Source: Eledone cirrhosa | Lineage: Eukaryota | NCBI GenBank assembly: GCA_964016885.1 | Contig: OZ024746.1 | Location: forward strand, 66,464,001 to 66,528,000 | Direction: 5' to 3' | Length of the DNA: 64,000 bases | Shown: positions 43,309 through 56,518 of the stretch, one piece after another | Position numbering within the stretch: the stretch's first letter is position 1 | Layout of the letters: every line of letters begins with the position of its first letter | The notes under the pieces: generated by a model | Database searches by the model: none | What the model was told of the DNA's origin: nothing | The model's input: only the letters and a program-made list of their open reading frames with translations | Program-made: the position numbers and the translations under genes

Positions 43309-43505
43309 AAATAATTGTTTCTAGTTTTGGCACAAGGCCAGCAATTAGCCAGTGCATTACTGGTACTTTATTTTATCGACCTCGTAAGGATGAAAGGCAC
43401 AAATTATATTTGTTTATTGAAAAAAACCATCAAAGATTTAATATAATTGTTTCTACTTTAGGCACAAGGCCAGCAATTATCCAGTGCATTACTGGTACTT
43501 TATTT
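43309..43505 (-). mobile_element. Two 5'-truncated SINE 3' ends (43309-43400, 43443-43505)
   Basis: TAATTGTTTCTA..TT.GGCACAAGGCCAGCAATTA.CCAGTGCATTACTGGTACTTTATTT occurs twice. Confidence 0.85.
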
Positions 43506-43831
43506 AATATAATAGGTCTGGTTGTGAACAGGTTTTGAATTGACCAATAGAAAAGTAGTAACAGGTCAAGTTGATAGAATAGTAGTAGTAGAACTTTAAT
43601 ACATTTCAGACAACACTTAGAGAATTTTAAAATTGACAGTCCAGCTACTGTCCTATCTCTGTTTGGTTCAGCACACTTCTCTGAGTTGCTTTGGCCTGCC
43701 CTTTCTAGCAGTTCGTCCCTGAGAGGCCACTGGTTCACTGCCCTTAAATACGCTGTGACTTCTCTCTCCCACGTGTAGCTGGACAGTCAATTTTAAAATT
43801 CTCTTAGTTTTGTCTGAAATGTATAGCCTTA

Positions 43832-43909
43832 CACACGCTGATGAACCGAGACCAGACCAATTCTTTCAACACATTTTTGGTGAAACATATCTTGGGATTT
43901 GTCCGTGTG
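43832..43909 (+). ncRNA. Canonical type I hammerhead ribozyme (GUC site)
   Basis: CACACG-CTGATGA-ACCGA...TTGGT-GAAA-CAtATC(ttgg)GATtTG-TC-CGTGTG. Lies in a PLE-like unit at about 43510-44167 with an internal inverted repeat (43600-43648 / 43776-43824) and GCTC...TTGAGCAC at 44091-44117. Confidence 0.88.
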
Positions 43910-44167
43910 ATATATAGTTATAGAGGTATTTATTTACGCTTTAATTTATATTTTTAATTATCGTGTCTATAGTCTGCCTTTCATAGGTTATAGATTCCAT
44001 ACACTGGTGGTTTTTTTCCCTGTATTATTGATAACGCACTATATATCTCTCTCTGGTGTGTTACATTTTCAACATATTGTATTTTAAAGAGCTCAGGATC
44101 TCTTCTCTTTTGAGCACATTATTTACAGGGAATAGCGAAGGCCTATGCCTCCATTAATTTATCGTTA

Positions 44168-44324
<157 letters not shown>

Positions 44325-44600
44325 ATATATATATATGAAAAGTGTAAGTTTCTACACAAAACGAAGGTTATAGAGAAAATTAAGGTTGGTAATGGCCATT
44401 ACCAACCTCAATTTTCTATATATGTATATATATATATATATATTTTCACAATAGATAAGAAGCACTCTATTGTAAGTTTTGTGGAGTTATTAATATTACT
44501 TCAAATATATTACTATATTTGATTTGAGTTATTAAATCTACTTCAAATATATTACTATATTTGATCACATGAATGTTTATATTTATTAATATTTTGAAGT

Positions 44601-44636
<36 letters not shown>

Positions 44637-44720
44637 GTTATTCCGGGTTGAATCGGAGGTAACCACAGTAAGTAAGGTACTCAATACATTGCAGAGTATA
44701 ACAGTTTTAATATAGATGAG

Positions 44721-44767
44721 ATTCTACAGGACTAGAACTGTTTCATTCTTTAGAAATCATCAGGAAT
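44721..44767 (-). ncRNA. Type I hammerhead ribozyme
   Basis: ATTC-CTGATGA-tTTC(taaa)GAAt-GAAA-CAG(ttctagtc)CTG-TA-GAAT, followed by ACTC...TTGAGTAC and (TA)n. Confidence 0.7.
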
Positions 44768-45077
44768 TAGGGTATCAAAAAATAATTAGCTTTTAAAGAA
44801 TCTCCCTTTCCTTTAAATCTATCTACCATGACTGACCCCCCACTTATCTTATAGACACCTGTTAGCTTAAGAGAAACTTAATAACAAGGAATGGTATGCC
44901 ATCCTGAACCTGTTTATAGAATTCTGTCTGCCTTTGTTACTCTAAAAACAAAAATAAATAAAAATAAACTATAGCTTTGTAGAATTAGCTTTTAATGAAT
45001 TCCCTTTTCTCTCAACCAATGACCTACACCCATCCCACTCCCCACCCTCTCCTACCACTTGTAGAGACCTATAAATA

Positions 45078-45201
<124 letters not shown>

Positions 45202-45665
45202 TAGGGTGTGGTAAAAACCAGCTAGACGATAACCCACCAGAGTACTGAATACTTGTAGTAATAGAGTGGGTAATATGGACAGATTCAGGAACCCGATGGC
45301 TGAGTCCGGCTGTTTTGATAGCTAGCTACGAAATTGATACGTTTAATTGTTTCATCATATTATACTGTTTTGCCAGTTCCTGCGCAGGTCTGTCATATAT
45401 TATCGTTATAGTAATTTAAAATAATTAAATATATTTTACTGAATGAGCGTAGAGTTGATAAACATGTCTTAGTGAAAAATCGTTTTATAATTCTGCAACT
45501 CCCAATTAGTGCACAATTACATTCGTTCCCCGTGTATTTTTATTAATAGGCAATATTTAAATTGTCAAAACGTTTTGGTCATTTAACAGATTACATTCTC
45601 TAATACATGGAATATATTACGGCCTCTAGCAAGAACGAAATAGCATTATCATTTTTCTTTTAAAA

Positions 45666-45830
45666 GGCGCTGGATTGGCAGAACCATTAGTGCGTCGGGC
45701 CAAGTGCTTCGAGGCAGAAATTTGCGGCCCTTTACGTTCTGAGTTCAAAATCCGGGTCGATAAAATAAAGTACCTGTTCATTTAATCGAATTTCTCTCCC
45801 CCAAATTGTTGACTTTGTGCCTAAAACAGG
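45666..45830 (+). mobile_element. tRNA-derived SINE, older and internally deleted
   Basis: GGATTGGCAGAACC...TTCTGAGTTCAAAATCC...GGGTCGATAAAATAAAGTACC. Confidence 0.75.
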
Positions 45831-46775
45831 ACCCTTTATTTCTTCAATTTATTTCTGACATATTTGATAGTAAATATGTTTTCGATAATGCATGTATCCT
45901 GGGATAAAAGGGAATAATTGCATTTTGATTTTCATTATTTTGTTTTTCGGAAAGAGCCATAGAAACCTTGAAAATATCGACAGAGGTTTGCCAGGATTAC
46001 TATCTTTCTAAATATATAAGCATCATTACGTATTGACTATACCAATAAACCATAATGTATCTCAGTTTTCGGAAAGTATACGCGTTGCATTGCCTCAGAA
46101 TATATATGCTTTGAAAGTTGATGTTTTCAAAAGAATTTAGTAATATTGCATTCAGGAACATTGTTATGAATTAGAATGTTTATGCATTGATAACATTTTA
46201 TAGATAAATTTCAAGAAGAAAATTATATATCAACGCAGAATTTCACAGAGAATGACATTTGAAAGATATAGAAAATGATAATATAAAGACCGTGCGCGAG
46301 GAAAAAAGTAGTAATGGAAATGTCATAGTTTAATCACACGTCGTTATCAAAGATAGTAGCAAAGTCACTCTCAAATAATGACAGGGTACTGTTTTAAAAG
46401 AATGTAAACACATATACGATTGTGTATTTACAAGGACACTATATGAGTAAATATCGAATGGTATATAACTTTTGCTACGATTTGAGTGCTGCAACTGATC
46501 TGAAGATAAACATCAAAGTAAACCCGTCTACAATTGCTAATTTATTGTAATTTTATTGTTTCACCCGATCTATTTTAATTATGCAACGAATCCTATTTAG
46601 ACTTGTCACCACTAAATTGAATTTTTTGCATAATTAAAAAATATTATTACCAATTGTTTATCTTGGTTTAACTTCAGATCAGGACGTACTTAAAAAACAA
46701 CACAGTACCTTTGAAATATATATAATAAAGTATATATTTTCATTATGAGTATATTTTTCATTTGTTAATATTCTT

Positions 46776-46829
<54 letters not shown>

Positions 46830-47141
46830 TGATTCAATCTTATTCGGTACAATTATAGTTACCTCTTCCAATACGTGACGAAAGGCTAAATGAAGATTCC
46901 ATTTCCATGGGATATCTGTAAAGGGAAAACAGTAGCACTTTCCAAAAGTCTTGTTCAGTATTCATTCGCTTCAGTTATATCAACGGCTCTGTGGTAGGAA
47001 ACCATTATTACGTCATCTGGCAATGGATCTAATTATGTGTCTATTCGAAAATAACATCCATATATCTAATCTAACACGTACGCACACGCATATACACATA
47101 CATACACACACTTGCCCCCCCCACCCATATGTATGTATGTA

Positions 47142-47233
<92 letters not shown>

Positions 47234-47964
47234 TATATATATATATATATGAACAGTTAAAAACAGTTAAAACGGAAAAACGGCACAGAAAACGATTATA
47301 TATGGATGTTTAACACTTGATATAGAGGGAATGTGCAATTGTATGTGTTTATGTGTGCATGTGCTATTGCATATTTGAATTATTGATATATTTAAGAATG
47401 TACTCCACCATTTGCATTGTGAAACATTCTTATAAAATCCCGCATTTCATTCACAGAGTGTAAAACAGTACAATAAACTTACGGAGACACATTTCTATGT
47501 TGAACCCTGCTCTTTTCGCTCATTACAATAAATGTATATTTGTAAACCATGAAGCTATTCCTAAAGCGTTAAAGTAATTCTTTATTTCTATATATGATAT
47601 AAACAATAAAGTATTCCTGAATCTCTGTTCGTGTATATTCGGTTACATATTCGAAGTATTCAACTTTCATTACTTTGGACTAAGTATATTTATAGATAAT
47701 AATTCTCTCGAGTTTTGGTGATTACTTGAAATATAAATCAGCCGGTGTATGTATGTGTGAAAGTTTGCTATATAATAATATGACAAAGACTTATATAACT
47801 TCATAGACAGCATACAATATATGTGTTAATCGATATTAAATACACATCGTTAACAAAATATCATAATGTTTCTATTCGAGATTAGTGATCATCGGAAATT
47901 CTAGACTGTGAACAGTTATATTCCCCTCGTGCCATTATCCTCTCAAGAAATTATTATGCTTTAC

Positions 47965-48084
47965 CATTAACAGAACTTTGAAACTATTTCCGAATGCTGC
48001 CATCGTGCAGCAACTTTTGAAATTTTCTCCACGATAGCCTTGAGTCCCAGAGTTTTGTATTAAGTGAGAAGACGTAAGCAGAGT
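47965..48084 (-). other. Candidate host exon (120 nt)
   Basis: Pyrimidine-rich acceptor TTTTTGCCTCTCTTTATAATTCGCTTCTGCAG, an open frame ending MAAFGNSFKVLLM with ACGATGG start context, donor ATG/GTAAAG. No recognisable homology. Confidence 0.25.
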
Positions 48085-49360
48085 CTGCAGAAGCGAATTA
48101 TAAAGAGAGGCAAAAAACACATACACATACGCACACACATGGATACAAGTTATAATTTCTCCTCACTACTCTTCCTTTCTCCATCGTTAGCCACCAGCAC
48201 ACAGAACGTCAAGCTCTGACTTTATCAATGGTCATAATTATTTCGTGGAATCCAGTTTCAAATTTGGTTGGAGTTATCGACATCTCAACGCCACTCGCGC
48301 AGTTTTGAGTGAGTTTACATGTGTATACACGCAAAGATAGACTATTTCCACAGCTGTCATATTCACACGTTGGCCATTACTCAGATCACACATATATGAA
48401 TACATCCAAGCTACCACATTCACGCACACGCACACGCATTGTTTTAATTCAAGCATAAAAACAGTACTGACAAAGAAGCATACGTGTCACTCAGAATTCC
48501 TGACTGTCACGTATGTATTCTTACATATTAAATTTACATCGCAAAATCGTTTTGGAATAAAATATATTAAGTTACGTTGAAGTACGAAAATATTTCATTT
48601 TTAAAATTGCATTTACATGGACATTTTAGAAATACAGTTTTTTTAGGAATAGGAATCTCTATTGTAAATTCTGAATCCCTGCCTAACAAAGCTATTTTAT
48701 TAATTCGTCTTTCTTATTGAGTAATTGGTGCTTGAAACATATCGGATGAAATTATTTATACACACGTACATCCCTTTACTGACATACATACACTTTTGTA
48801 CAACAAACAAACCACCACATATAATCAAGCATACACACATAACCCAATACATAAATATGTGTATGTATATGGGAATGCCTGTGTATGATTGTACGTGAAT
48901 AAATATAAATATATTTTAATACGTAGGCATTTACATATAAACGTTGTTTTGCTCTGAAAAAATATATAATTCTACATTAAAAATTAATATCCACGTGAGT
49001 AGAATAATGGGATTATTCTGATTATCTAGTTTTCTGTGTGTAAATGTAAGTGTGTATATACATGTATATGTGGGTGAGTGCATACTTGTGAGTTTTCATA
49101 AGTATTATGATGGACTGCATATAAATATGTATACATCGTCTTGGTACGTTATAAACAAAGCGTGCGTTATTAGGATTCAAGATTGTTCTTTAAGTAAAGC
49201 TTTAAATTGGTTGTAATATATATTTCATTGTTTTGTGCTATTTATCAAAGAACTAATAATGACTGTATAATTTAGCGCATATATATTTATGTAAATAAAT
49301 AGATCAATATTTCATTTTGTAATATGCTCATCCATGTATATTCGGATACATTTCATATAC

Positions 49361-49361
<1 letters not shown>

Positions 49362-49416
<55 letters not shown>

Positions 49417-49630
49417 CTACCTCTCTCTCTCTCTCACTCTCTTTCTCTATCTCTCTCTCTCTCTCTTTCTCTCTCCCTCTCTCTCTCCGTTTCTCTCTCT
49501 ATATCTATATAACTATCTCTCTCTCTATATATATATATCACTTTTTCTGTCTCTCTCTCTCTCTATATATATAGAGAGAAAGAGATAGAGATAGAGAGAA
49601 AGAGAGATAGAGAGGGGGGAGAGAGAGATG
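49362..49630. repeat. (CT)n/(GA)n microsatellite
   Basis: Directly visible. Confidence 0.95.
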
Positions 49631-49847
49631 GGGATAAAATCCCGTCCGCGGTGACAAGTGATTTCACCTTGTTTGTTCAGAGTTCAGATGAAAAGAAAAG
49701 GATAGATAGTGTTATCTTGGAAGTAGATATTAGCGCCTATATTTAGCATCTATCATTCGTGTGACCGAAGGGATCCACCGAGTTTGCTGAAGAAGACCTT
49801 TCAATACATCAGTGATGCTCGTGTTGGATATATAGACAGAGAGACAG

Positions 49848-49984
<137 letters not shown>

Positions 49985-50126
49985 GAGTTTATGTTGGTTG
50001 TATACCAACACCTCAGTATGCAGGCTGGAGCACTCGACGAGGTGCACAGGTTGGTTTGGTTACTCCGGAGTAGTGTAAAATAAAGTTAAATAAAAGTCAA
50101 ATGATTAAAATTTAGCTTCGTTTATT

Positions 50127-50181
50127 ACTGCTATATATATTTCAGTGACAGCCATCTTTGGCTGTGACCTCTTCAGGCAGT
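50127..50181 (-). ncRNA. Type I hammerhead ribozyme
   Basis: Reverse complement of 50870-50924. Confidence 0.87.
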
Positions 50182-50869
50182 TTGAATTAGTATGGTATAG
50201 ACAAGTACATATGTTGTTTAGGTGTAAGATATTGTCAATACTCTGATATGCCCAGTTCCTTGTTGGGTTGTTAATTCACTGGGGAACTGGAGTTATATGA
50301 ATTCAAACAAACGAATTTTAGTGTCACAGGTCCCCTTCTCCTCTCATTGGTCAGTTATTAGTGTTGTCATTGTTGGAGTTAGCTTAAAAATTGATAAAAT
50401 GGTAGAAGGGACAAGGTGTTGAAGGAACAAAATATCAAAAAATGTGTCAAACTTCCCATTGTTCAGTTCTGAGAGCATTCCTCAGTCAGAAGTCTATAGA
50501 ATTCTTTCTGGGGTGAGGCTCCCTGTAGTGTTTATGCCTGCTATTGTTCAGTACATTTGACCTTGACCATTATTTTGGTACTGTTGTTGTTGTAGTGGTC
50601 AGCTTATATCTTGCTGCTGCTAACAATTTAGAAGTATTCACCATTCTACCATTTTATCAATTTTTAAGCTAACTCCAACAATGACAACACTAATAACTGA
50701 CCAATGAGAGGAGAAGGGGACCTGTGACACTAAAATTCGTTTGTTTGAATTCATATGACTCCAGTTCCCCAGTGAATTAACAACCCAACAAGGAACTGGG
50801 CATATCAGAGTATTGACAATATCATACACCTAAACAACATATGTACTTGTCTATACCATACTAATTCAA

Positions 50870-50924
50870 ACTGCCTGAAGAGGTCACAGCCAAAGATGGC
50901 TGTCACTGAAATATATATAGCAGT
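50870..50924 (+). ncRNA. Type I hammerhead ribozyme
   Basis: ACTGC-CTGAAGA-GGTcACAGCCA(aaga)TGGCTGTcACT-GAAA-TATATA-TA-GCAGT. Confidence 0.87.
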
Positions 50925-50968
50925 AATAAACGAAGCTAAATTTTAATCATTTGACTTTTATTTAACTT

Positions 50969-51097
<129 letters not shown>

Positions 51098-51547
51098 TGG
51101 ATTGATGAATAGATAGATAGCTAGGTAAATGCTTTCATCTGATTCCTTGTAGACATGCTATATACGGCGTGTGATCTGCATCGATACATGTAAGACTATA
51201 TCACCATCCACAAATGACCACAGCTAACATCTTGAGGGAAAATTATGAGAAGATTTGGAATATTCGTTTTTATTTAGCTGAAAAAACAACATTTAAAGTG
51301 TGAGTTATACTATTCAAGGACAAACACCTTTGAGATATCTACTAGGTAAATATAACGAATAACATGCTCTTACTTCAATCAGAGGTAGTTCCAATAAGCT
51401 GGATTTAGATTATCGCTTCAAAGATAATGTTCACTGGGTAAATGTTCATCTTTCGTTGTTCAGTGTCTGGAATATAAATTTTATATATATATGTATATGT
51501 ATATATATATATGTATATGTATATATATGTATATGTATATATATACA

Positions 51548-51683
<136 letters not shown>

Positions 51684-51859
51684 TATAGAATCTTGCGATT
51701 CTATAGACATGTTTTATGATATATAGCTCTGATTGTTTAATTTATTAATTTTTCATTGAGCCAAAAAGTGATCAGTTGCAAAACACGTATATGTATGTGT
51801 ATGTATATATATATGTAAACTTTTATATGTAATAATCTCCCACTAGGTTGAGATACAAA

Positions 51860-52120
51860 TTTGGCTGTATTGTGCTGTGCTTTCTAGCAAAAATGCCACC
51901 AGTCGTAAGCAACTACCACACCCCTTCCAACTTGACCGAGACTACGTCACGATTTTTAGCCATTTTGAAATGAATTCTTGGCGCGAACGTTTTGGAAAAT
52001 TTAATGTCTAGATATGAGCGAGCTTCCTGAAGAATCCGGCGCTCGAGTTTATATAATTATTACATAATTATTGGATAACTCAAAACACGAACGAAACCAT
52101 GGTAGAGGTATTTAAGTGTA
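51860..52120 (+). mobile_element. Possible highly decayed mariner transposase fragment
   Basis: Frameshifted pieces VLCFLAK / QLPHP / DY / ERF resemble V..FLAK...LPHPPYSPDLAP.D..LF..LK..L.G.RF. Confidence 0.35.
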
Positions 52121-52590
52121 TTCTATTTTATCCTAGTTTATTTTAAACCTAATTCTGCTTAGTTGACTGTATCTAGGCGATTACGATGTCGAAATATTCG
52201 ATAATATTCCACTACGGCCGACGCGAAGCGCTAGTTTTGGTTATTTGTTGGAGATTCCTTCATAGAAGCCTCATTCGTATAGCCTGGTCTATTCGATTTT
52301 TTATATAGTTAATTATGCTAATTGGGAGAGGAAATAGTATATATTTTATCTTGTGATTCTATAGACATGTTTTATCATCGGAATATACATCACAGCCTTA
52401 TCAATAAAGGCCTTTATCATCTAAACGATATTATATCATAATTAAAGGAATTTTATTTTAAAAAATAAACACTTAAATAATATCGGTATATTCAAAGCTA
52501 CTACTAATGACTTACACACAAACATGCATGCACACATTCCTAAATGCAAACAAATATCCATATATGAATGCGTATATATTATATATGTGT

Positions 52591-52780
52591 GGTGAATTGG
52601 CAGTTTCAGTAGAGGTTTGGACGCCAAGCTTTGATGCAAAGAGTTACGGCCCTTGCCATTCTGAGTTCAAATCCCGCGTAGGTTAACTTTGCCTTTCATC
52701 CTTACGGGGTCGATAAAATAAAGTACCAGTAATGCACTGGGATAATTGCTGGCCTTGTGCCAAAAGTGGAAACAATTATA
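52591..52780 (+). mobile_element. tRNA-derived SINE, full length
   Basis: A box region TGGCAGTTTCAG, B box GAGTTCAAATCC, conserved body and tail. Confidence 0.9.
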
Positions 52781-53169
52781 TATGTGTGTATACTTAGACA
52801 TTTTGTTAAGCCTAAATGTTCAGGAAATACGCATTAAGCTTCCTAGTATGGTTTTACTACATCTGCTGGTGAGAGAGACCACTGTGCCTCAATCAAGGCA
52901 GATCTCAGCCAATTTGGTGCAGACCCACTTGTACAATTATTCGCTGTACACTCATGGAGAATAGACGGCTCTCTTTAAACATTAGACGATGATCATTGAA
53001 CTAGGTAGAACATAAGGACAAACGAAGAACATTCAAATTATTATGCTAAATGAAGAGCATTGAAACTATCATGCATGGATAGCACATGAAAGAATAATAG
53101 TAGACATCGGCAAACATTGGAACACCTGAAGCGATACATATCAGTTACCCAACGTGAGACAGATAATAC

Positions 53170-54000
53170 CTTCTTTTGAATATCATTGTGGTGTTGGTGG
53201 TATCAATGAGTCTGCTGATCGTGTTGTTCTCTGAATCCAATGTTGCTGGTGGGTTGAATATTCAGGGTATATATGTGGTTGCTATACTGGCACTGATGTA
53301 GGAATACCCATGGTATGTATGCAGCTTCCAGCTACCTGCCCTACACAGTCACGCGAGAAGTGTAGAAAAAGGTGACCAATGTAGGATGTTCGGTGTATGT
53401 TTTTTGGATTTGGCTAACATTTGGGGCCAGAATACTTGCTCTGGAATCCGCCTGGCCCAGTTGTAAAAGTGGCTCTCTTTAAACAATAGCGTTAGGGTGA
53501 CAGGTTCGTCCCAAATGACAGTTGGAAGGGCTTAGGCAATTGCAGGTTGCTCGCTTTTTTGCGGCTCGTGTGCATGCATGCTTTTTCTTTTATATCGAAT
53601 GCTGTTTCGAGCAATTCTATGAAAACACGATTAACTAATCTTAACATTTTCTATTTTGTACCTATGGTTATATAAACATTTTTCGTAATTAGGAAAAGGA
53701 AGATTGTCGTTAAACTTATCGATACTTCTTTCTGAATATCTGAGTTGTTGGTGGGATGTCAGCTATATACAGAGATCTTTTACCTATAAAACAAGTTCCT
53801 GCTAAAGCTTCTTTAGTAGGAACCTGTCGGGGCTTTTTTAGGACCAAAGGGATTATTCACCTAACACCGATGACAAGGGTTCTATATGAAGATGAGATTG
53901 GTTGCAGTTCATTGGAATATATAACAATTTCTTATTAGGCATCCTAAATGGGTAATATTTGCCAGTTTTGAGGTCACCGGTGTTGTTCAGAAACTAAATT
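53170..54000 (-). mobile_element. Decayed Penelope-like element ORF (Naiad-type RT C-terminus, linker, GIY-YIG)
   Basis: Minus-strand pieces FLNNTGDLKTGKYYPFRMPNKKLLYIPMNCN (cf. FLDVTLDL.TG.Y.PYRKPN..P.YI...SNHP), NVKIS*SCF (cf. NTVKISYSCM), TCNCLSPSNCHLGRTCHPNAIV* (cf. CNCR....CPL.G.C....IVY) and SYIG. Confidence 0.72.
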
Positions 54001-54197
54001 TACATATATTTGATATATAAATGTCTGCATTCCACAGTCTTCCGTCTCCAGGAGTATTTTTCTTATTTTCTCAAGTAGTATTTATAGGGATCGACTATTA
54101 TTGTCGTAATTCGCGTTGCTAGGCACACGTTTCACATTTCAATGGCGACTGATCTGTAAGAATGTGATATATATATGTACATACACGCAAACACACA

Positions 54198-54282
<85 letters not shown>

Positions 54283-54857
54283 CTATAACATATTATACCT
54301 GAAGCCAAGTCATTATTATTTGTTTCAATGGATAACTTATTCTATCTTCAGCCATGTTCAGGCATACATATCATACCTTTGTTCATAATGGCACCCTGAC
54401 ATTATTTGTAACAATAAGAGTTATGTATCTGCCCACACAGTTGATAAGCTTTGGCAATAAAATGTTTCGCATGTACCTAATGTATATACGTTCTAACATT
54501 TAGTTATAGTAACAGTTCATATAAATGTCATGTGTTGCATAGATACTATTGGAAGGAATGTTGAACCGAAAACGCAGTGAATATTTGGAAACATTCATAA
54601 GAACATAAAATCAATGCAGAGAATCCTTTCATTGGCATATATATCGTAAGTGAGAAATTTGAAGTAAAATATAATAAATTCATTATGCACCATACAGAAA
54701 TGGATGTAATCTCACAATGCCTCACCGAAAGATTTTATTCAAGTATATGATAGGATTCTCGATTTCAATTACTTTACACTCGGTGTTATTTCAGACATGG
54801 ACAGAGTTTTATTTTTTATAGCGTGAATTAAAATAGGCAACATTTTCTCAATGATAA

Positions 54858-56518
54858 CACCGTGTAACAAAAACAATTTGTTCTCTGTTCCTGGCTTGTA
54901 ATCACTTTTTTGTGTTGCTTAGGTCCCAAATAAATAAAAAAAAGTGCTACTAAACAGTTAAAAGTTTGGGTTTGTAAAAATTCTCAGCTATTCACTAGAA
55001 TTATTTGTATGTTGGATTTTACGTTGTATGTAATTTTAATTTGCTTATGTTAAAATAAAGTATAAAATTGTTAAAAAGTGGATTAACAAGATTTATTGAT
55101 ACTGGATTTGCACACCCTGAATAAAGGGTAGGTTGTGTTTTAAGCATTCGTCTCCAGGATGAAGCAGTGGAACTTGGTCAAGGAGGAAGTGCAGGTGACA
55201 AGTCAGAGAAGTCGACACGAAGCTTTCTCAGGCTTTTACACTCTTAGGGATGGCCTCTGCTTCTGCCATGACGTGCCTGGACTGTTTAACGTTATTGGGT
55301 GCCGTTTGTGCTCAAGGAGTGGTGACTATTTATAGACAGCTCCACCACAAGTTTGAAGGCTGTCCTCCTCCACAATGGAAACAAGTTCCCGACACTGCCT
55401 CTAGCTCATTCAGTCTGCCTGAAGGAAGATTACTACAGTGTGAATGTCCTCTTGGAAGCTCTGTAATACAACCAGTACAATTGGGAAATCATTGGAGACT
55501 TCAAGATGGTCGCTTTCCTGCTTGGACTCCAAGGAGGCTTTATCAAATTACAATGCTTCCTCTGCCTTTGGGACAGCAGACCCACCGCTGATCAATACAA
55601 AAGAAAGAACTGGGAGCAGCGAACATAATTTGTAGTTGGGACACGGAACGTTATGTGGGAGCCACTGGTTGATCCCAGGATTGTGTTCATGCCGCCATTG
55701 CACATTAAGTTGGGGCTGATTAAGCAGTTTGTGAAGGCTCTCAACCAAGAATCAGCCGCTTTTAAGTACCTTCTTAAGTTCTCCCCCAAGTTATCTGAGG
55801 CCGAAATCTAAGATGGAATTGTTGTTGGACCTCAGATAAAGAAGATGTTTGAGTCTACCGAGTTCTACAATAAGCTCAATAGGATTGAGAGAACAGCATG
55901 GAACTGTTTGAAGGCAGTTGTTAAGGGCTTCCTGGGCAACTACAGAGCTGAAAACTACCAGCAACTGGTGCATAATCTGATAAAGGCTTTTGGCGCCATG
56001 GGATGCAAGATGTCGCTTAAACTCCATATGCTGGACACTCACCTGGAAAAATTCAAGAACAATATGGGCGCCTACTCAGAAGAACAAGGCGAACGATTCC
56101 ACCAAGATGTGAAAGAGATAGAGCGGAGGTACCAGGGCCACTACAATGAGAAAATGATGGGGGACTATATCTGGGGGCTAGTGCGGGAATGCGACCTGGA
56201 CTAAAACCGCAAATCCAGGAAATCCAGTCATTTCTGACGTGTATAAGTTCCTTTAAATGTGTTGTTTGTTTTTACTTGTTTGCTTTTGATAAGCTTGTGT
56301 AATAAAATAAATATATACTCTGTTGATTTAATTATATGAACTGATAAATTTTTAAAAAATGTGTTTTTTCTTGAAAAATATGAAAATTTCAAAATATCAA
56401 ACTGGTGATCACAAACCCAAACATTTGATTTAATAGTAGTGTTTCATTATAATAATGGGATATAACAAACCAGGGAATGATACTTAGAACCGGTGAACAA
56501 TTATTATCTTACACGGTG
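54858..56518 (+). mobile_element. Chapaev3 (CMC) DNA transposon, second copy, internally deleted
   Basis: TAA-CACCGTGTAA...TTACACGGTG-TAA gives a 3-bp TWA-type TSD with CAC/GTG termini. Same transposase motifs as 17256-19044, with stops and frameshifts. Confidence 0.9.

Noticed and set aside
46670-46730. HHR-shaped sequence CAGATCA-GGACGTACT...AGTACCTTT-GAAA-TATATA-TA
   Set aside because: Core doubly mutated and stem I poor. A dead relative of the 2024 family.
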